Shown here: in pieces, positions 26,341 through 37,443 of the stretch
Layout of the letters: the number at the start of each line of letters is the position of its first letter
Position numbering within the stretch: position 1 is the first letter of the stretch
Translations under genes and position numbers: made by a program
Assembly (NCBI GenBank): GCA_958296135.2
Contig: CATQHZ020000001.1
Span: 3,168,001 to 3,232,000 of the forward strand
DNA from: an uncultured Poribacteria bacterium
GTDB lineage: Bacteria; Poribacteria; WGA-4E; WGA-3G
Direction of reading: 5' to 3'
DNA: 64,000 bases
Notes under the pieces: model-generated
Told to the model about the DNA's origin: nothing
Seen by the model: the letters and a program-made list of their open reading frames with translations, nothing else
The model's database searches: none

Positions 26341-27564
26341 TCACCCGCTGAGCAATTGCTGCGCCTCGAAAATCGGTAGAATCATTGCTACAGCGATGAA
26401 TCCGATAATTAGCCCCATTAGCAAAATTACCAATGGGCCAATAGAACCGGTCAACCGTTCGAGACTCTTCTTGATTTCCAGATCGTAGTATTCCGACAGT
26501 TTTGTGAGCATGTGCGCTGGCTCACCGGACTCCTCGCCGACGGCTACCATGTGGGTGACAAACGGGGGGAAATCGCTGTTCCTGCCGAGTTCGCGTGAGA
26601 GGGTAGAGCCCTGTTCAACCTCTTTTTCTGCTGCGGCGACAGCGTTACTGTAAACTTTATTCCCGATTGTATCCTTGGCGACTTGAAGTGCTGGTAGCAT
26701 GCGCACGCCGTTTTCTAAGAGCGTAGCCATTGTCCGCGTAAAGCGGACAATCGCGAAGGTGCTGAAAATTGAACCGACAAGGGGCAGTTTAATCTTCAGT
26801 TTATCAAACCACACTTGTCCTGCTTCCACCTGCAGGGCGCGCCTCGTTGCGACAACGCCGACAATCACGGTAAGGAGTCCCACCCACCAATATTTCCGGA
26901 ACGTGCCGGTAGTGCTAATCAGCACTTGGGTGGGCAGCGGCAGTGCAACGCCCAGGTCGGTATACATTTCGGCGAACTGCGGTACGACGACAACCATCAG
27001 GACTGCGACAGCGGTGATGCTCAGCGTCAACAGAATCGCGGGGTAGAAGAGCGCGGAGATAACGTCGTTTTTGAGGATGCGCTGCCGTTCGGCAAATTCT
27101 GCCAAACGTTCAAGGACTAACCCGAGCACACCGCCGCTCTCGCCGGCTTTTACCATGTTGACGTAAAGGTTCGAGAACACCTTCGGGTGCTGGTAGAGTG
27201 CATCGTTAAACGTTGCGCCGTGTTCTACATCGTGTTTCACTTGCGATACGATGCGGTGCAGCGCGGGACTATGAATCTGTCCCAGTGTCACCTCCAACGC
27301 CCGCGGCAGCGCGATGTACGAACTCACCAACGTGGCGAGTTGGTAGGTGAAGAACTCTACGTCAGCCGATTTGACTCTGCCTTGGCCGATTCGCAGCCAC
27401 CGCGTCACATCGGTTTTCTCTTCGCCACCTTCCTCCTCGATGAGCGTGGGCCAATAGCCCATCTGCCTTAATCGAGAGATGAGTTCCGCTTTGGAGTCTG
27501 CCTCTAGCGTATTTTTAATGGTGCTGCCCCCATGCGTGAGGGCCTCGTATCGGAATCGTGGCAC
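26341..27564 (-). CDS. gspF: Type II secretion inner-membrane protein GspF/PilC
   Basis: LYVNMVKAGESGGVL, ALFYPAIL, MVAVGEESG, AMILPIF. Confidence 0.93.
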   Translation of the reverse strand: MPRFRYEALTHGGSTIKNTLEADSKAELISRLRQMGYWPTLIEEEGGEEKTDVTRWLRIGQGRVKSADVEFFTYQLATLVSSYIALPRALEVTLGQIHSPALHRIVSQVKHDVEHGATFNDALYQHPKVFSNLYVNMVKAGESGGVLGLVLERLAEFAERQRILKNDVISALFYPAILLTLSITAVAVLMVVVVPQFAEMYTDLGVALPLPTQVLISTTGTFRKYWWVGLLTVIVGVVATRRALQVEAGQVWFDKLKIKLPLVGSIFSTFAIVRFTRTMATLLENGVRMLPALQVAKDTIGNKVYSNAVAAAEKEVEQGSTLSRELGRNSDFPPFVTHMVAVGEESGEPAHMLTKLSEYYDLEIKKSLERLTGSIGPLVILLMGLIIGFIAVAMILPIFEAQQLLSG

Positions 27565-27651
27565 GTTACAACCTCTACGTGAGAATATGCGCGGACATTT
27601 ACCGAATATTTTTCAAATTAACGATTTCGTGACGGCCCCCCTGGCTTGGGA

Positions 27652-29409
27652 CTACTCAACGCTCCCGAAATCGATTTCCTCTTCTTGTGTTAACCGAACG
27701 ACTTCATCCACGGTTGTCGCGCCAGCGGCAACTTTGCGCCAGCCATCTTCGCGGAGGCTCTTCATACCCATTTGGATTGCCAGTCGGCGAATCTCACTCG
27801 TTGAGGCTTGTTTGAGTGCCAATGTCCGAATTTCTTCGTTCATGAATAGCACCTCAAAAATGCCGATTCTGCCTCTGTAACCTCTGCCGCGGCACTCCTG
27901 GCATCCTACCGCGCGCGGAATCATCAGGTCTGCTGCCACAGGCGTTCCGTTATGGCCATTGAAGATGCTCGTGATTTCGTGCATGTCGGGTTGATACATT
28001 TCACAACACGCCTTGCAGACGCGCCGCGCCAGCCGCTGCGCGATGATGCCCTCTACCGTTGACGCGACGAGATACGGTTCAACCTTCATATCGACGAGCC
28101 GCGTGATGGCCCCCGGGGCATCGTTCGTGTGAAGCGTGCTAAAAACGAGGTGCCCAGTGAGTGAGGTGTGAATCGCCATTTCCGCTGTCTCATAATCGCG
28201 AATTTCGCCGACTAGCACCTTATCCGGGTCTTGACGTAAGATATGCCGCAAGCCATCGGCGAAGGTGAAGTCAATATCCGGATTGACTTGGATCTGATTA
28301 ATCCCCTCAAGTTCGTATTCCACCGGGTCTTCCAGCGTGATAATTTTGACATCTGGGGAGTTTATCTCTTTCAAACAGGCGTAAAGTGAGGTGGTTTTCC
28401 CACTGCCGGTCGGCCCCGTGGCAAGGACGATACCGTGCGGTTTGCGAATCATTCTGTGAAAGAGCGCGAGGTTATCCTCGGTTAAACCGAGTTCGGCGAG
28501 TCCAAAATCGATGGACTGCCGGTCGAGGATACGGAGGACGACGCTCTCGCCGTGAAGCGTTGCAACAGTCGGGACTGTGGAAACACGCAGGTCGATCTGG
28601 CGGTTGCCGACGCTGCCGATCTGCCGGCTAATTTTCCCATCCTGTGGCCGCCGGCGTTCAGCGACATCCATCCCCGCCATAATCTTAACACGCGATGTAA
28701 TGGCGGATTGCAGATAGGCTGGCGGCTGCGGCTGGTCTTCCAATACCCCGTCCACGCGAAACCGAATTTTCAGTTGCGTCGGATAAGGCTCAATGTGGAT
28801 GTCGCTTGCGCCCATCCGGACAGCATCGATGATCATCTGATCTACGGCGTTAATCACCGTCGGGTCTTGACTGAGGTCCTTCTCGTCAATGCCGAAGTCC
28901 TCAATAGTCTCACGTTCAAAGATGTCGGTTGCGCCGACGGGCCCTTTGATGCCGGCACTCAGCAGGCTTTCCGCTGTTCTGCCGTAAAGTCGTACGATTG
29001 CTTCGTCAATTTCGGCTTCATCGGCGAGGAGCGGCGTGATTTGGCAATCTGTGACGAGTTGGATTTCGTCAATCAGCACGACGTTCAGGACATCTGCCAT
29101 TGCGATAGTAAGGATGTCGCCGTCCAATTGTATTGGCACGATTTTATTTCGGTAGGCGAATCCGGGGGAGACCTTTTCAAGAGCCTCCGGTTCTGGTGCT
29201 ACGTCTTCCAATTGGATGCACGGTGTGCCGTATTCAACACTTTTTTTGGCGAGTGCGAGTGCGTTGGGCGGCACGCGTTTCGAGAGCACTGCTGTTTCCG
29301 ATGCGCCGGTTTGCTGAATTTCCGCCAAGATTTCTTCGGATGCTTGCTCAGAAATCAGTGCCGCCTGCCGCATCACATCGACTATGGAGTGATTTAAATT
29401 ATGTTGCAT
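27652..29409 (-). CDS. gspE: Type II secretion ATPase GspE/PilB
   Basis: ASDIHIEP, RRPQDG, Walker A GPTGSGKT, LRQDPDKVLVGEIRD, TGHLVFSTLHTN, Cys metal-binding motif. Confidence 0.95.
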   Translation of the reverse strand: MQHNLNHSIVDVMRQAALISEQASEEILAEIQQTGASETAVLSKRVPPNALALAKKSVEYGTPCIQLEDVAPEPEALEKVSPGFAYRNKIVPIQLDGDILTIAMADVLNVVLIDEIQLVTDCQITPLLADEAEIDEAIVRLYGRTAESLLSAGIKGPVGATDIFERETIEDFGIDEKDLSQDPTVINAVDQMIIDAVRMGASDIHIEPYPTQLKIRFRVDGVLEDQPQPPAYLQSAITSRVKIMAGMDVAERRRPQDGKISRQIGSVGNRQIDLRVSTVPTVATLHGESVVLRILDRQSIDFGLAELGLTEDNLALFHRMIRKPHGIVLATGPTGSGKTTSLYACLKEINSPDVKIITLEDPVEYELEGINQIQVNPDIDFTFADGLRHILRQDPDKVLVGEIRDYETAEMAIHTSLTGHLVFSTLHTNDAPGAITRLVDMKVEPYLVASTVEGIIAQRLARRVCKACCEMYQPDMHEITSIFNGHNGTPVAADLMIPRAVGCQECRGRGYRGRIGIFEVLFMNEEIRTLALKQASTSEIRRLAIQMGMKSLREDGWRKVAAGATTVDEVVRLTQEEEIDFGSVE

Positions 29410-29610
29410 TTTATTGATTCCTGTTAGCAATCAGTTAACGTTTGGCTGCGGGCTGATACTTAACGACATCCGTCCTTACAAACACAAGGCGTGCGCCGAA
29501 AATTATTCGAGCGGAACGGGCAGATATAGACATCCGCCCTTCCACGCACTCTGACACTTCATTAGTATATGACGTAAATAGCGGCGAATAGGTTTAAAAA
29601 AATGCCGTTA

Positions 29611-30453
29611 TTACTGTCTCGTCTTCTCAAGCCGTCGGATTGCTTCTTGCGCGGCGCGGCGTACCGATTTGGAAGAATCGGTGAGCGCGCGCCTCAATGC
29701 GGCGAGCGTTTCATCGGAATTCTCGTGCATATCAGACAACTCCTCTATCGCATTGGTTCGGACTTTCGTGGAATTGTCTGTGAGGCTTGCGATGAGCGCG
29801 TCGCGGATAGTCTCGGTAGGTTGCCCGTTTTCAGCCAATGTCTCGCCGATGCGTCCGAGTACATCAAGCACATCGGAACGTTCGCGTGAGGAGCCCTTGG
29901 TTCGCTTCGCGATGAGCGCGGGGACGACAACTGCGACAGATTCCGGCGATGCCGGGCGTACATCTTCAAGTTCTTCAAGTGCCTCGCGACGGACCCTTTC
30001 GGCGGTGTCGTTGAGTGCCGCTGCTAAGCCGATGACGATGGCATCCGTATTCTGTCCCGATTTTCGCTGGCTTTCTCCGATGTGGCCTAGTGCTTCGACA
30101 GCTTTCTCGCGTACCTTTTCAGACGAGTCGCTGAGCATCTCAATGAGGGCGGGGGTAGCAGGCGCGCCGAGTTCTTCAAGGAAATCGACGAATTGCCGTT
30201 TCACCGCGCTGGATCCATCTGCCAGCGTTGGCACGATTTGCGCGAGCAGCTCGGACTGCCATGTTGCCTTGAGCGTTTCATGCTTGGCTTTAAGAGCGTT
30301 GAATTCTTCGGTGACTTGCGCGAATTCTTCGCCGCGTGCTTCCGCTGTCTCGGTGTAGACCTGGGGCACTTGGCTCATTCCAATACCGATGAACAGGCCG
30401 AGGAGTATCGCTATGCCCCAGACTGAAAGTTTGTTAAATAGTTTGCGCGTCAT
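29611..30453 (-). CDS. HEAT-repeat protein with N-terminal membrane/signal segment
   Basis: Repeated L.D....VR..A...L units. Confidence 0.85.
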   Translation of the reverse strand: MTRKLFNKLSVWGIAILLGLFIGIGMSQVPQVYTETAEARGEEFAQVTEEFNALKAKHETLKATWQSELLAQIVPTLADGSSAVKRQFVDFLEELGAPATPALIEMLSDSSEKVREKAVEALGHIGESQRKSGQNTDAIVIGLAAALNDTAERVRREALEELEDVRPASPESVAVVVPALIAKRTKGSSRERSDVLDVLGRIGETLAENGQPTETIRDALIASLTDNSTKVRTNAIEELSDMHENSDETLAALRRALTDSSKSVRRAAQEAIRRLEKTRQ

Positions 30454-30758
30454 TGGTTGTTTTCCTCCTATAGACATTCAGGGTTGAGCTCTAGGTGCCT
30501 CCTTCGGCAGAGCCTCAATCCTAACTTCGCCATTTGTTACAACATCTACGATTTCCTTACAACAGATAATTTTAGCATGCATGCTGTATTTTTGCCACAT
30601 TAACTTCGTAAATCCCAGGACTATTTAGTTTTCCAATTAGTGTTGGTTTTCCCGCCCGCTGTCGTTCGGGCTCGCAACCCGCCGCTGTTAGTGGCATCGG
30701 AAACCTCGGACACGTTCAAGGGCTCAAGAACTGGCGAACAGCGGCGCACATCTGAAAA

Positions 30759-31988
30759 CTAAATGCCTCTGCGCAAATCAAAGACGGTTTTAACCGAGGC
30801 AGCCCTTCCCGTGTTCAGCGCAGTCTGAATAGCCTGCTTGTAATCCTGCAGCGAGAAGAGGGGACCAACTAACGGACGCAATGTCTCCCCTATCTGCTGT
30901 AAAAGCCGCATGCCGAGGGCAAAAGTGTGAATCAATTCGCCGCGATGCGTTTCGATGCCATACGTATAGGCCCCCTTAACCTTCAACTGCTTATACCAGA
31001 TCGAGTTCCAATCAACATTTTTCGGGATGCCCGGCATTCCGAGCAGGATTACCTCGCCGCCTGCGCGGGTGAAACGGAGCGCGTCGTCTATAGTCGTGCT
31101 GGAACCGATGCAATCAAACGTGACATCCACGCCGCCGAGCAAGACCTGTTGTCCTAACTCCGGCTGATACGCTGTCGCGCCTGTCAATCGGCAAAATTCT
31201 GCATACCGCTCGGAATTTGGGGATAGCATTTCATCGGCACCGAGTTCGCGCGCGAGTTTCTGTTGGTGCGGATGTTTGGCGAAGATGAGGATACGGTTCT
31301 GATGCCCGAGCCCGCGAAGTGCGGCGACAGTCAGCAACCCGATGCTACCGCCGCCGAGCACGACGATGTCATCGGTTTCCTTGAGTTCTGCCTTTAACAC
31401 ACCGTGCAGCGCGCAGGCGAACGGCTCAAGTAGCACCGCAACCTCATCTGAAATATCATCGGGGACGACGTGCAGTTGTCCTCGGTGTGCCACGAGGTAT
31501 TCACTCCAACCCCCGCCGGTATCGCGACAATACCCGGTCTGCACCCCGGCCGAAATGCATCCTTTTGTGATATTTTCACAATTGGAGAAGGATGCGTTTT
31601 GGCATTGGTGGCACGGCGGCGTAATCCCTCGCACCTCACACGCTAGTGCTGGTTCTATCACTACCCGTGTGCCGATAGGCATGTCGTTCACTGCTGAACC
31701 TACCGCTGCGACATCCCCGACGATTTCGTGTCCAAGTACAAACGGAAACGAAGTAAACGGCGAAAAGTAGGGGCTACCCTTCGCAGTAATCGTGGCCAGA
31801 TCTGAGCCGCAGATGCCGCTGACCCGGGTCTGGATTTTCACCCATTCCGGTGTTGGCAATTGCGGTGCGTCTATCTCCACGCGCTGCACGCTAGAAATGG
31901 GGGACGTATAGAGGCTGTGCCACCGTTTCCCAAGGAAGCGCGCGGCTAAGTAGCGGGGGATGCTTTTGGTGTATTGGATGGCTTGCAC
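30759..31988 (-). CDS. Zinc-binding alcohol dehydrogenase (MDR family)
   Basis: GICGSD, GHEIVG, structural Zn cysteines, GGGSIG. Confidence 0.9.
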   Translation of the reverse strand: MQAIQYTKSIPRYLAARFLGKRWHSLYTSPISSVQRVEIDAPQLPTPEWVKIQTRVSGICGSDLATITAKGSPYFSPFTSFPFVLGHEIVGDVAAVGSAVNDMPIGTRVVIEPALACEVRGITPPCHQCQNASFSNCENITKGCISAGVQTGYCRDTGGGWSEYLVAHRGQLHVVPDDISDEVAVLLEPFACALHGVLKAELKETDDIVVLGGGSIGLLTVAALRGLGHQNRILIFAKHPHQQKLARELGADEMLSPNSERYAEFCRLTGATAYQPELGQQVLLGGVDVTFDCIGSSTTIDDALRFTRAGGEVILLGMPGIPKNVDWNSIWYKQLKVKGAYTYGIETHRGELIHTFALGMRLLQQIGETLRPLVGPLFSLQDYKQAIQTALNTGRAASVKTVFDLRRGI

Positions 31989-32005
31989 TGTGCTCTCCTC
32001 ACCTC

Positions 32006-33799
32006 TTAAGTCGATGCATCCGAGTCATCGTCCTCATCGCGGATTACCGGCTTGCCCATCACTTTTTCGATTGCCTTGAGCAGTGCTTCCTTACGCGCGT
32101 TAAAGAAACCCCAGAAATCGTTGCTACGGAGAGCGTCACCCCGGATAAGGTGGGAGGCGAGGACTTCATCCATGTCTAGACCTTCATCCATATTTGGACG
32201 TGGACCTGAAAGATATTTTTGTGACTCTTTCTGTATCTCTTTCAAATACACCGAAGGAGCCTTGTCGCCTATCACTCGCCGATTCGTCCCTTTTGAAATT
32301 GGGGTTTTGTTGATGATGCTATTGTAGTCATCCGCTTTGAACTCCCTTTTTTTGCACCAGGCTTTGGGGAAGATGTGGTGGATATCAATAGAATCGTCGA
32401 AGAATATTTGCTCGTCAATAGATCGACCGGTACGGAAATCAAGACAGCCATTACGCATGATCAACGCGTGAACACCCTTGTATGCAGCACTCGCTTTCGT
32501 CCGGAGCGTTTCCAAACGATGTGTTTGAAATGTTGCTTCCTGAATCATCGTAGGTTCAACAGCTTTGCCGTTTACCCAGTTTGTCACCTCCGAAAGATCG
32601 TTAGCAAATCGAAGATCTGCGGAAGTGCCGTAAAGTTCACCCAATACGCCACACCAGTACCAGCGTGTAAGAAATTTCTCACGAACCTTTCTGAGCTGGG
32701 CTACGCACCCAAGGTTCACCAGAATCGCTGTGAGCGGAACTAATTGAGCAGGATATGGCAGGCTGGCAGCGTCAAAAATTTTCTGCTCTTGCAGAAAGCG
32801 GGCTGCTTCCTTAAACCCTTCTTCAACCCTGTCGGCCCAGTCTTTGTAGTCGGCCACCCCGAGTCCCAATATATCGCTATTTTTGCAACTAATGGCCATC
32901 CTCGCCTTTGAATTGGTAACTAGGAGTGCAATGACCTTTAGAAAATTGACGTTCTTAAGGTCTGCGAGAACCGGATACTCACCCAAACGCTCTGCCCTAG
33001 TTTCCCAGTCCTCGCGGAGTAGAAAATCATCAGCCGCGAAGGTGGCGGTGAGTAACTCAAAAACGGTGAGTGGCTCTCCGCCTGTGTTGACTCTCTCAAA
33101 GACGTTGCAGACTGCTTCCTTCGGAGTTTGTTTATCAAGAATGATAACCGGGACATTGTAATCCTTGAAAACGTCAATGACTTTAATCTCGAAATTGTCC
33201 CACAACTCCATTTTGGCGGAATCACGGTCCCAATAATTGTTGTATCCTCTTCTCCACCTCGTATAGTCAAAGACTTTGTGGAGAGGAAACATTCCGCGCT
33301 TGTATTCTTTCTCGCGCGAAGATAAATCCATAGCTTGATCTCCGCGAAACTTCCTTACAATTTTGGTATCAGCTGGAACTGAAATGATGGATTCATCAAC
33401 CTTATCATCCACACACTTCTCCATGTCCATATAATACCAACGTTCAACGCGATTACCTCTCACATTTGTCGTCTGCACTGGTTTCTGAGCCACCAGAGAC
33501 TGAAACAGCGAGGTCAAGCGTTGTTGGCCGTCAAGAATTAGGGTTTCAGGTGCCCCCTGCGCTGATTGAGGATCAACCCCTTCAATAGGACGCACCTTGA
33601 ATCGGATATCCTCTCCGCCATTCTTCAGTGTCATTATCGCCCCTATTGGAAAGGCCTGCGATACACTAGCAATCAGACTTTGGATACGCTCGTGATCCCA
33701 TCTCCAGTCGCGCTGGAAGTCCGGAAGTTGGATTTTGCCTTCTCTGATTTCCCCAAGTAAATCCTTGAGGGATTTCTTGGTACTATCAAAGGTGCTCAT
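32006..33799 (-). CDS. GmrSD-family (DUF262 + DUF1524) modification-dependent restriction endonuclease
   Basis: LPDFQRDWRW, ILDGQQRLTSL, FERVNTGG, DIHHIFP...N...N. Visibly AT-richer than its neighbours. Confidence 0.88.
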   Translation of the reverse strand: MSTFDSTKKSLKDLLGEIREGKIQLPDFQRDWRWDHERIQSLIASVSQAFPIGAIMTLKNGGEDIRFKVRPIEGVDPQSAQGAPETLILDGQQRLTSLFQSLVAQKPVQTTNVRGNRVERWYYMDMEKCVDDKVDESIISVPADTKIVRKFRGDQAMDLSSREKEYKRGMFPLHKVFDYTRWRRGYNNYWDRDSAKMELWDNFEIKVIDVFKDYNVPVIILDKQTPKEAVCNVFERVNTGGEPLTVFELLTATFAADDFLLREDWETRAERLGEYPVLADLKNVNFLKVIALLVTNSKARMAISCKNSDILGLGVADYKDWADRVEEGFKEAARFLQEQKIFDAASLPYPAQLVPLTAILVNLGCVAQLRKVREKFLTRWYWCGVLGELYGTSADLRFANDLSEVTNWVNGKAVEPTMIQEATFQTHRLETLRTKASAAYKGVHALIMRNGCLDFRTGRSIDEQIFFDDSIDIHHIFPKAWCKKREFKADDYNSIINKTPISKGTNRRVIGDKAPSVYLKEIQKESQKYLSGPRPNMDEGLDMDEVLASHLIRGDALRSNDFWGFFNARKEALLKAIEKVMGKPVIRDEDDDSDAST

Positions 33800-33900
33800 A
33801 TTTGGATCTCCTATCAATAACAATTTATGCAAATTGAGAAAGCATCGCGATACCGTAGGCGGGACTCAGCAGAAATCCCGCCTTCAGATAAATCGCTATG

Positions 33901-35094
33901 CTAACTCACCTCACGCTGATAATACGCCATCAGAATCTCGGCCACTTCGGGCCGGGCGATTTCGGGGGGCAACGGGTCCCCCGCGGCGAGAATCTCACGC
34001 TGTTTTGTGCCAGAGATCGAGAAGTAATCATCGCCGCCATGCGGGCAGTCGCGCATCATCACAATCTCTTCGCACTTGCGGCACCACACCGTGAAATCGC
34101 CGCGGAAAATCTCGATTTCCAATGCATCCGCGGGTATCTCATCGAAGATGGCTTGCGCGTCAAACGGGCCGTAATAGTCACCTGCACCGGCGTGGTCCCG
34201 GCCGACGATGAAATGGGTGCAGCCGCAATTCTGACGGAAAACGGCGTGGAGCAGTGCCTCCCGCGGTCCGGCGTAGAGCATGTCGAACCCGTAACCCGTG
34301 ATGGACACCGTGTTTTCAGGGAAGTAGTGTTTCACCATGGCACGGATGGAAGCATCGCGAACGGCGGCGGGGATATCGCCCGGCTGGAGTTTGCCGAGCA
34401 GCATGTGGATGAGAATTCCATCTGCGTTAACCTCGCGCTGCGCGATTTTACAGAGTTCTTCGTGCGCGCGGTGCATGGGGTTGCGCGTCTGAAAAGCGAC
34501 GATTTTGTGCCAGCCGCGTGCCGCGATATCCTCGCGAATTTCCACCGCGGTGCGGAACGTTTCTGGGAAATCTGTCCGGAAATAGGAGTAGTTCAGCACT
34601 TGAATCGGGCCGGAGAGAAGATTATATCCGACATTCTCGAACGCTGGGACACCGGGATGCTCCATGTCATCTGTCCCGAACGTTTTCTCAATGATAAAAT
34701 TCTTCTGCTTCCACCTGAATGTCTCGATTGCCGAAACCTCCATCACCGCGATGGGCGGATGTCCCTTGACGTTCGGGTCGCGCAGTGCAACGCGGTCTGC
34801 GCTTTTCACTGCATCCGTGAGTTGCTCGTCTGGGACGAGGTTCATCACCGGTACTGGCCAGAAGAGCCCGTTCGGCAGCTTCATCTCGGCGGCGACGCTT
34901 GTCGCTTCGGCGATGTTCATGTAGCCCGTGAGCGGCGTAAAGTAACCTGACCCGAGCATAACGGCCGATGCGGCAGCACCGGAGGAAACGAGAACGGATG
35001 GCAGGGTTTCCGCCTCTTTCGTCAGTTCCGCGCGTTGCGCGTCGTCTGCAACGTAGAGCGGTGTTAAGGTTTCGGCTCCATGTGGTTTAATCAT
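33901..35094 (-). CDS. sat: Sulfate adenylyltransferase
   Basis: MIKPHG, AFQTRNPMHRAHE, MLYAGPREALLHA, HFIVGRDHAG, ISGT. Confidence 0.95.
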   Translation of the reverse strand: MIKPHGAETLTPLYVADDAQRAELTKEAETLPSVLVSSGAAASAVMLGSGYFTPLTGYMNIAEATSVAAEMKLPNGLFWPVPVMNLVPDEQLTDAVKSADRVALRDPNVKGHPPIAVMEVSAIETFRWKQKNFIIEKTFGTDDMEHPGVPAFENVGYNLLSGPIQVLNYSYFRTDFPETFRTAVEIREDIAARGWHKIVAFQTRNPMHRAHEELCKIAQREVNADGILIHMLLGKLQPGDIPAAVRDASIRAMVKHYFPENTVSITGYGFDMLYAGPREALLHAVFRQNCGCTHFIVGRDHAGAGDYYGPFDAQAIFDEIPADALEIEIFRGDFTVWCRKCEEIVMMRDCPHGGDDYFSISGTKQREILAAGDPLPPEIARPEVAEILMAYYQREVS

Positions 35095-35268
35095 TCATTT
35101 CTCCTTTTCAGGATTTATCAAAGGTTCCATTTTCGGTAGGCGTGCGTTGTAAGCGCGCCCCTGAAGAGTCAAGAGATAATGGGTTCATTTTGGCGGACAG
35201 GCGGAAACCATAGAAATCCGCCGTTACAAAAACTTCATCAAACCGCGCCTACTGGGTTCGGTAAAACG

Positions 35269-37419
35269 TCATTCCGAGGTGACTTGGGAGACTGTGCAGG
35301 TGTTCCAAATCCAGAAATGATTTTTGGTTGCCCAGTCATCATCAAGACGCACCCGTTTTTGGGGTGTGGAAATCACCTGGGTGAGGTACCCATCAGTTAC
35401 CGTCACCCGATAGGAATGCTGAATAGCGTCGTCATTTCCGGACACAGTGAGTTTTTTCAGGACTCGCGTTCCGTTCGCCCATAGGCTGAGGGTATGCGTT
35501 GCACCTTCTGATGCACAGAAGGTGTTGGTGACGCTATAGGTTCCGTTGGGAAGATCGATTTTGAAGGCCGCTTCCTCGCTGCTCCAAACAGCATCTTGGA
35601 CAGACTTCTCTCCCTCTGGCGAAGTGGGCAGTGCCTCACCGCTCCCTCCTTCTTTAGTGAACAAAGGATATTCACGGACAGCATAATTGCTTTTCCTCAG
35701 ACGATGTGCTTCGTGCGGGGCGCGCGTATCCCATCCGAATTTGCCACTGACGTAGGCTGTATTCGGGCCGATAGCGTGATAACCCCCCGCGGTTTCGGCA
35801 CCCTTCGGTTGCATATCAAAGCGGATGATGAGGTTACCTCCCTCCATCTTATCCCATAAATCAAGCTGTGGCTTATCGGCACGCTTCTTTCGGAAAAGTT
35901 GGAGGTATTTCGTCTCATGGATAATCTCATAATCTTTCGCTGTCAGTTCTGCTTCTGCCCCCGGGTCGTACCAGGCGACAACGTAATCTACCTGCACATC
36001 TTCCCTCGCGGTGTTGCGATTGACCGGAAAGTAATAGTAAGCGGATTCGTAGTTTGCGAGATGGACTACGTCATCAACATATACGCCATAAAACGCAGTA
36101 GAATGCACAAACGGCGTGACGTATTCGATCCGGCCCAATGCATCCGATTTGTGCCAGCCATCCTCGCCGGCCCGGATCTCAAACACTGTGTGCGGTTCTA
36201 TGAGATGCGTGCCGGATACTAATTCTTCAATCTCTGGTGCGATGCGTCCGTGGTCGTACGCAGTTCTGCCGCAGTGGAGCAAACAGAAGGCGATGAGACA
36301 CGTCGTGATGGCGTATCTCAGGATTTTGTTGACGTTTGTGATCAACCACGGTGCGAGCATCAGCAGGATGTAAATATGAATCCGGTCATTGATCCAACCG
36401 CCGGGGCCGTAACTCCACGGTGCCCTGATGAACATCGCGGTGAACAGCAGAGCGATTAGCAGGAACGCATCGTTCTGTTTTACCCATTCCTTGCGGCGGA
36501 TGCGGTAAACGATAGAGATAACAGTGGCCGCTCCTAACACGATGAGCAGCCCTTGGTTGACAGGGACGTGCCAATCAGTGAAATAGACGATGGACTTGAT
36601 GCCCAAAAAGTAGTCCCAAATCCACTCCATGCCGCGATGGTTTCCTGTCGGATGCTCCTTGAGGCTGAATAGGTAGTAGTCGATTAGCACAAAATACATC
36701 GGCACCATGTAGAGCCCGAAGCGGACGAGGGGTTTGAGGCTATGCCAGAGTTGTCGTATCCATTCGGCGTTTCGTTCGCGCCAAGTCGTCGCTAACGCGT
36801 TGCCGCCCCACAGACAGCCAGCGGCGATGGACATCGCCAGCACGACGAGCCCATAGGAGGCGATGTGCGACAGATATGTCAACAGCAATAGGACATAAAG
36901 TCCGGCCAGGTGCTGCACCTGCATATCGTCTTTATGCTTCCACCAGAGCCCGAAACTGAAGAAGAAAAACGCGATGCTCAGCGTGAAGTTGTAAAACCCC
37001 ATGTAGAGGAGGTAGTTGTAGGCGAATGGGAAACCGAGCCAGCCGAACATGTGCCAATTCCCGCCTTCTTCCTTCGGTTTTCCATGAACAGCGTGCAGGA
37101 AATAGAAGAACGCAATCGGTATCATCCCAATCGCTATCGTCAGGAAGACCTTTTCCGCGATGACCGGCGGACACACGTAGAGCAACCCCAGCAGCAAAAT
37201 ATGCGACAGCCAGTTCGGAAAGATGGTGATGTTGAGTTTCCACGCGTCGCGCATCTTATAGTTTTCGGGTTTCGCATATTCCTTCAGGACCAGGCCGTTG
37301 TAGACGTGGCTCGCTCCGTCTTGCGAGGGAAAATAGGCGAAAATCCAGATGGGGATGAGGTGTAATACCAGCAACGCCACAAAGAGATGTTTCCATGTCC
37401 AGTTTTTCCAATTCAACAC
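35269..37419 (-). CDS. Multi-pass membrane protein, GT-C-like N-terminal region plus C-terminal carbohydrate-binding-like domain
   Basis: GTG at 37419 after AAGGAGG, about 12 TM segments, PSQDGASH motif, FKIDLPNGTYSVT. The ORF-track extension to 37590 is explained by the RuvC fragment. Confidence 0.75.
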   Translation of the reverse strand: MLNWKNWTWKHLFVALLVLHLIPIWIFAYFPSQDGASHVYNGLVLKEYAKPENYKMRDAWKLNITIFPNWLSHILLLGLLYVCPPVIAEKVFLTIAIGMIPIAFFYFLHAVHGKPKEEGGNWHMFGWLGFPFAYNYLLYMGFYNFTLSIAFFFFSFGLWWKHKDDMQVQHLAGLYVLLLLTYLSHIASYGLVVLAMSIAAGCLWGGNALATTWRERNAEWIRQLWHSLKPLVRFGLYMVPMYFVLIDYYLFSLKEHPTGNHRGMEWIWDYFLGIKSIVYFTDWHVPVNQGLLIVLGAATVISIVYRIRRKEWVKQNDAFLLIALLFTAMFIRAPWSYGPGGWINDRIHIYILLMLAPWLITNVNKILRYAITTCLIAFCLLHCGRTAYDHGRIAPEIEELVSGTHLIEPHTVFEIRAGEDGWHKSDALGRIEYVTPFVHSTAFYGVYVDDVVHLANYESAYYYFPVNRNTAREDVQVDYVVAWYDPGAEAELTAKDYEIIHETKYLQLFRKKRADKPQLDLWDKMEGGNLIIRFDMQPKGAETAGGYHAIGPNTAYVSGKFGWDTRAPHEAHRLRKSNYAVREYPLFTKEGGSGEALPTSPEGEKSVQDAVWSSEEAAFKIDLPNGTYSVTNTFCASEGATHTLSLWANGTRVLKKLTVSGNDDAIQHSYRVTVTDGYLTQVISTPQKRVRLDDDWATKNHFWIWNTCTVSQVTSE

Positions 37420-37443
37420 GTTTTCCCTCCTTGTAAAGCAGTC

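Noticed and set aside
33898-34950. 350-aa plus-strand ORF
   Set aside because: It is the antisense shadow of sat. The same applies to the long ORFs opposite gspD, pilM, gspE and the MNT-HEPN genes.
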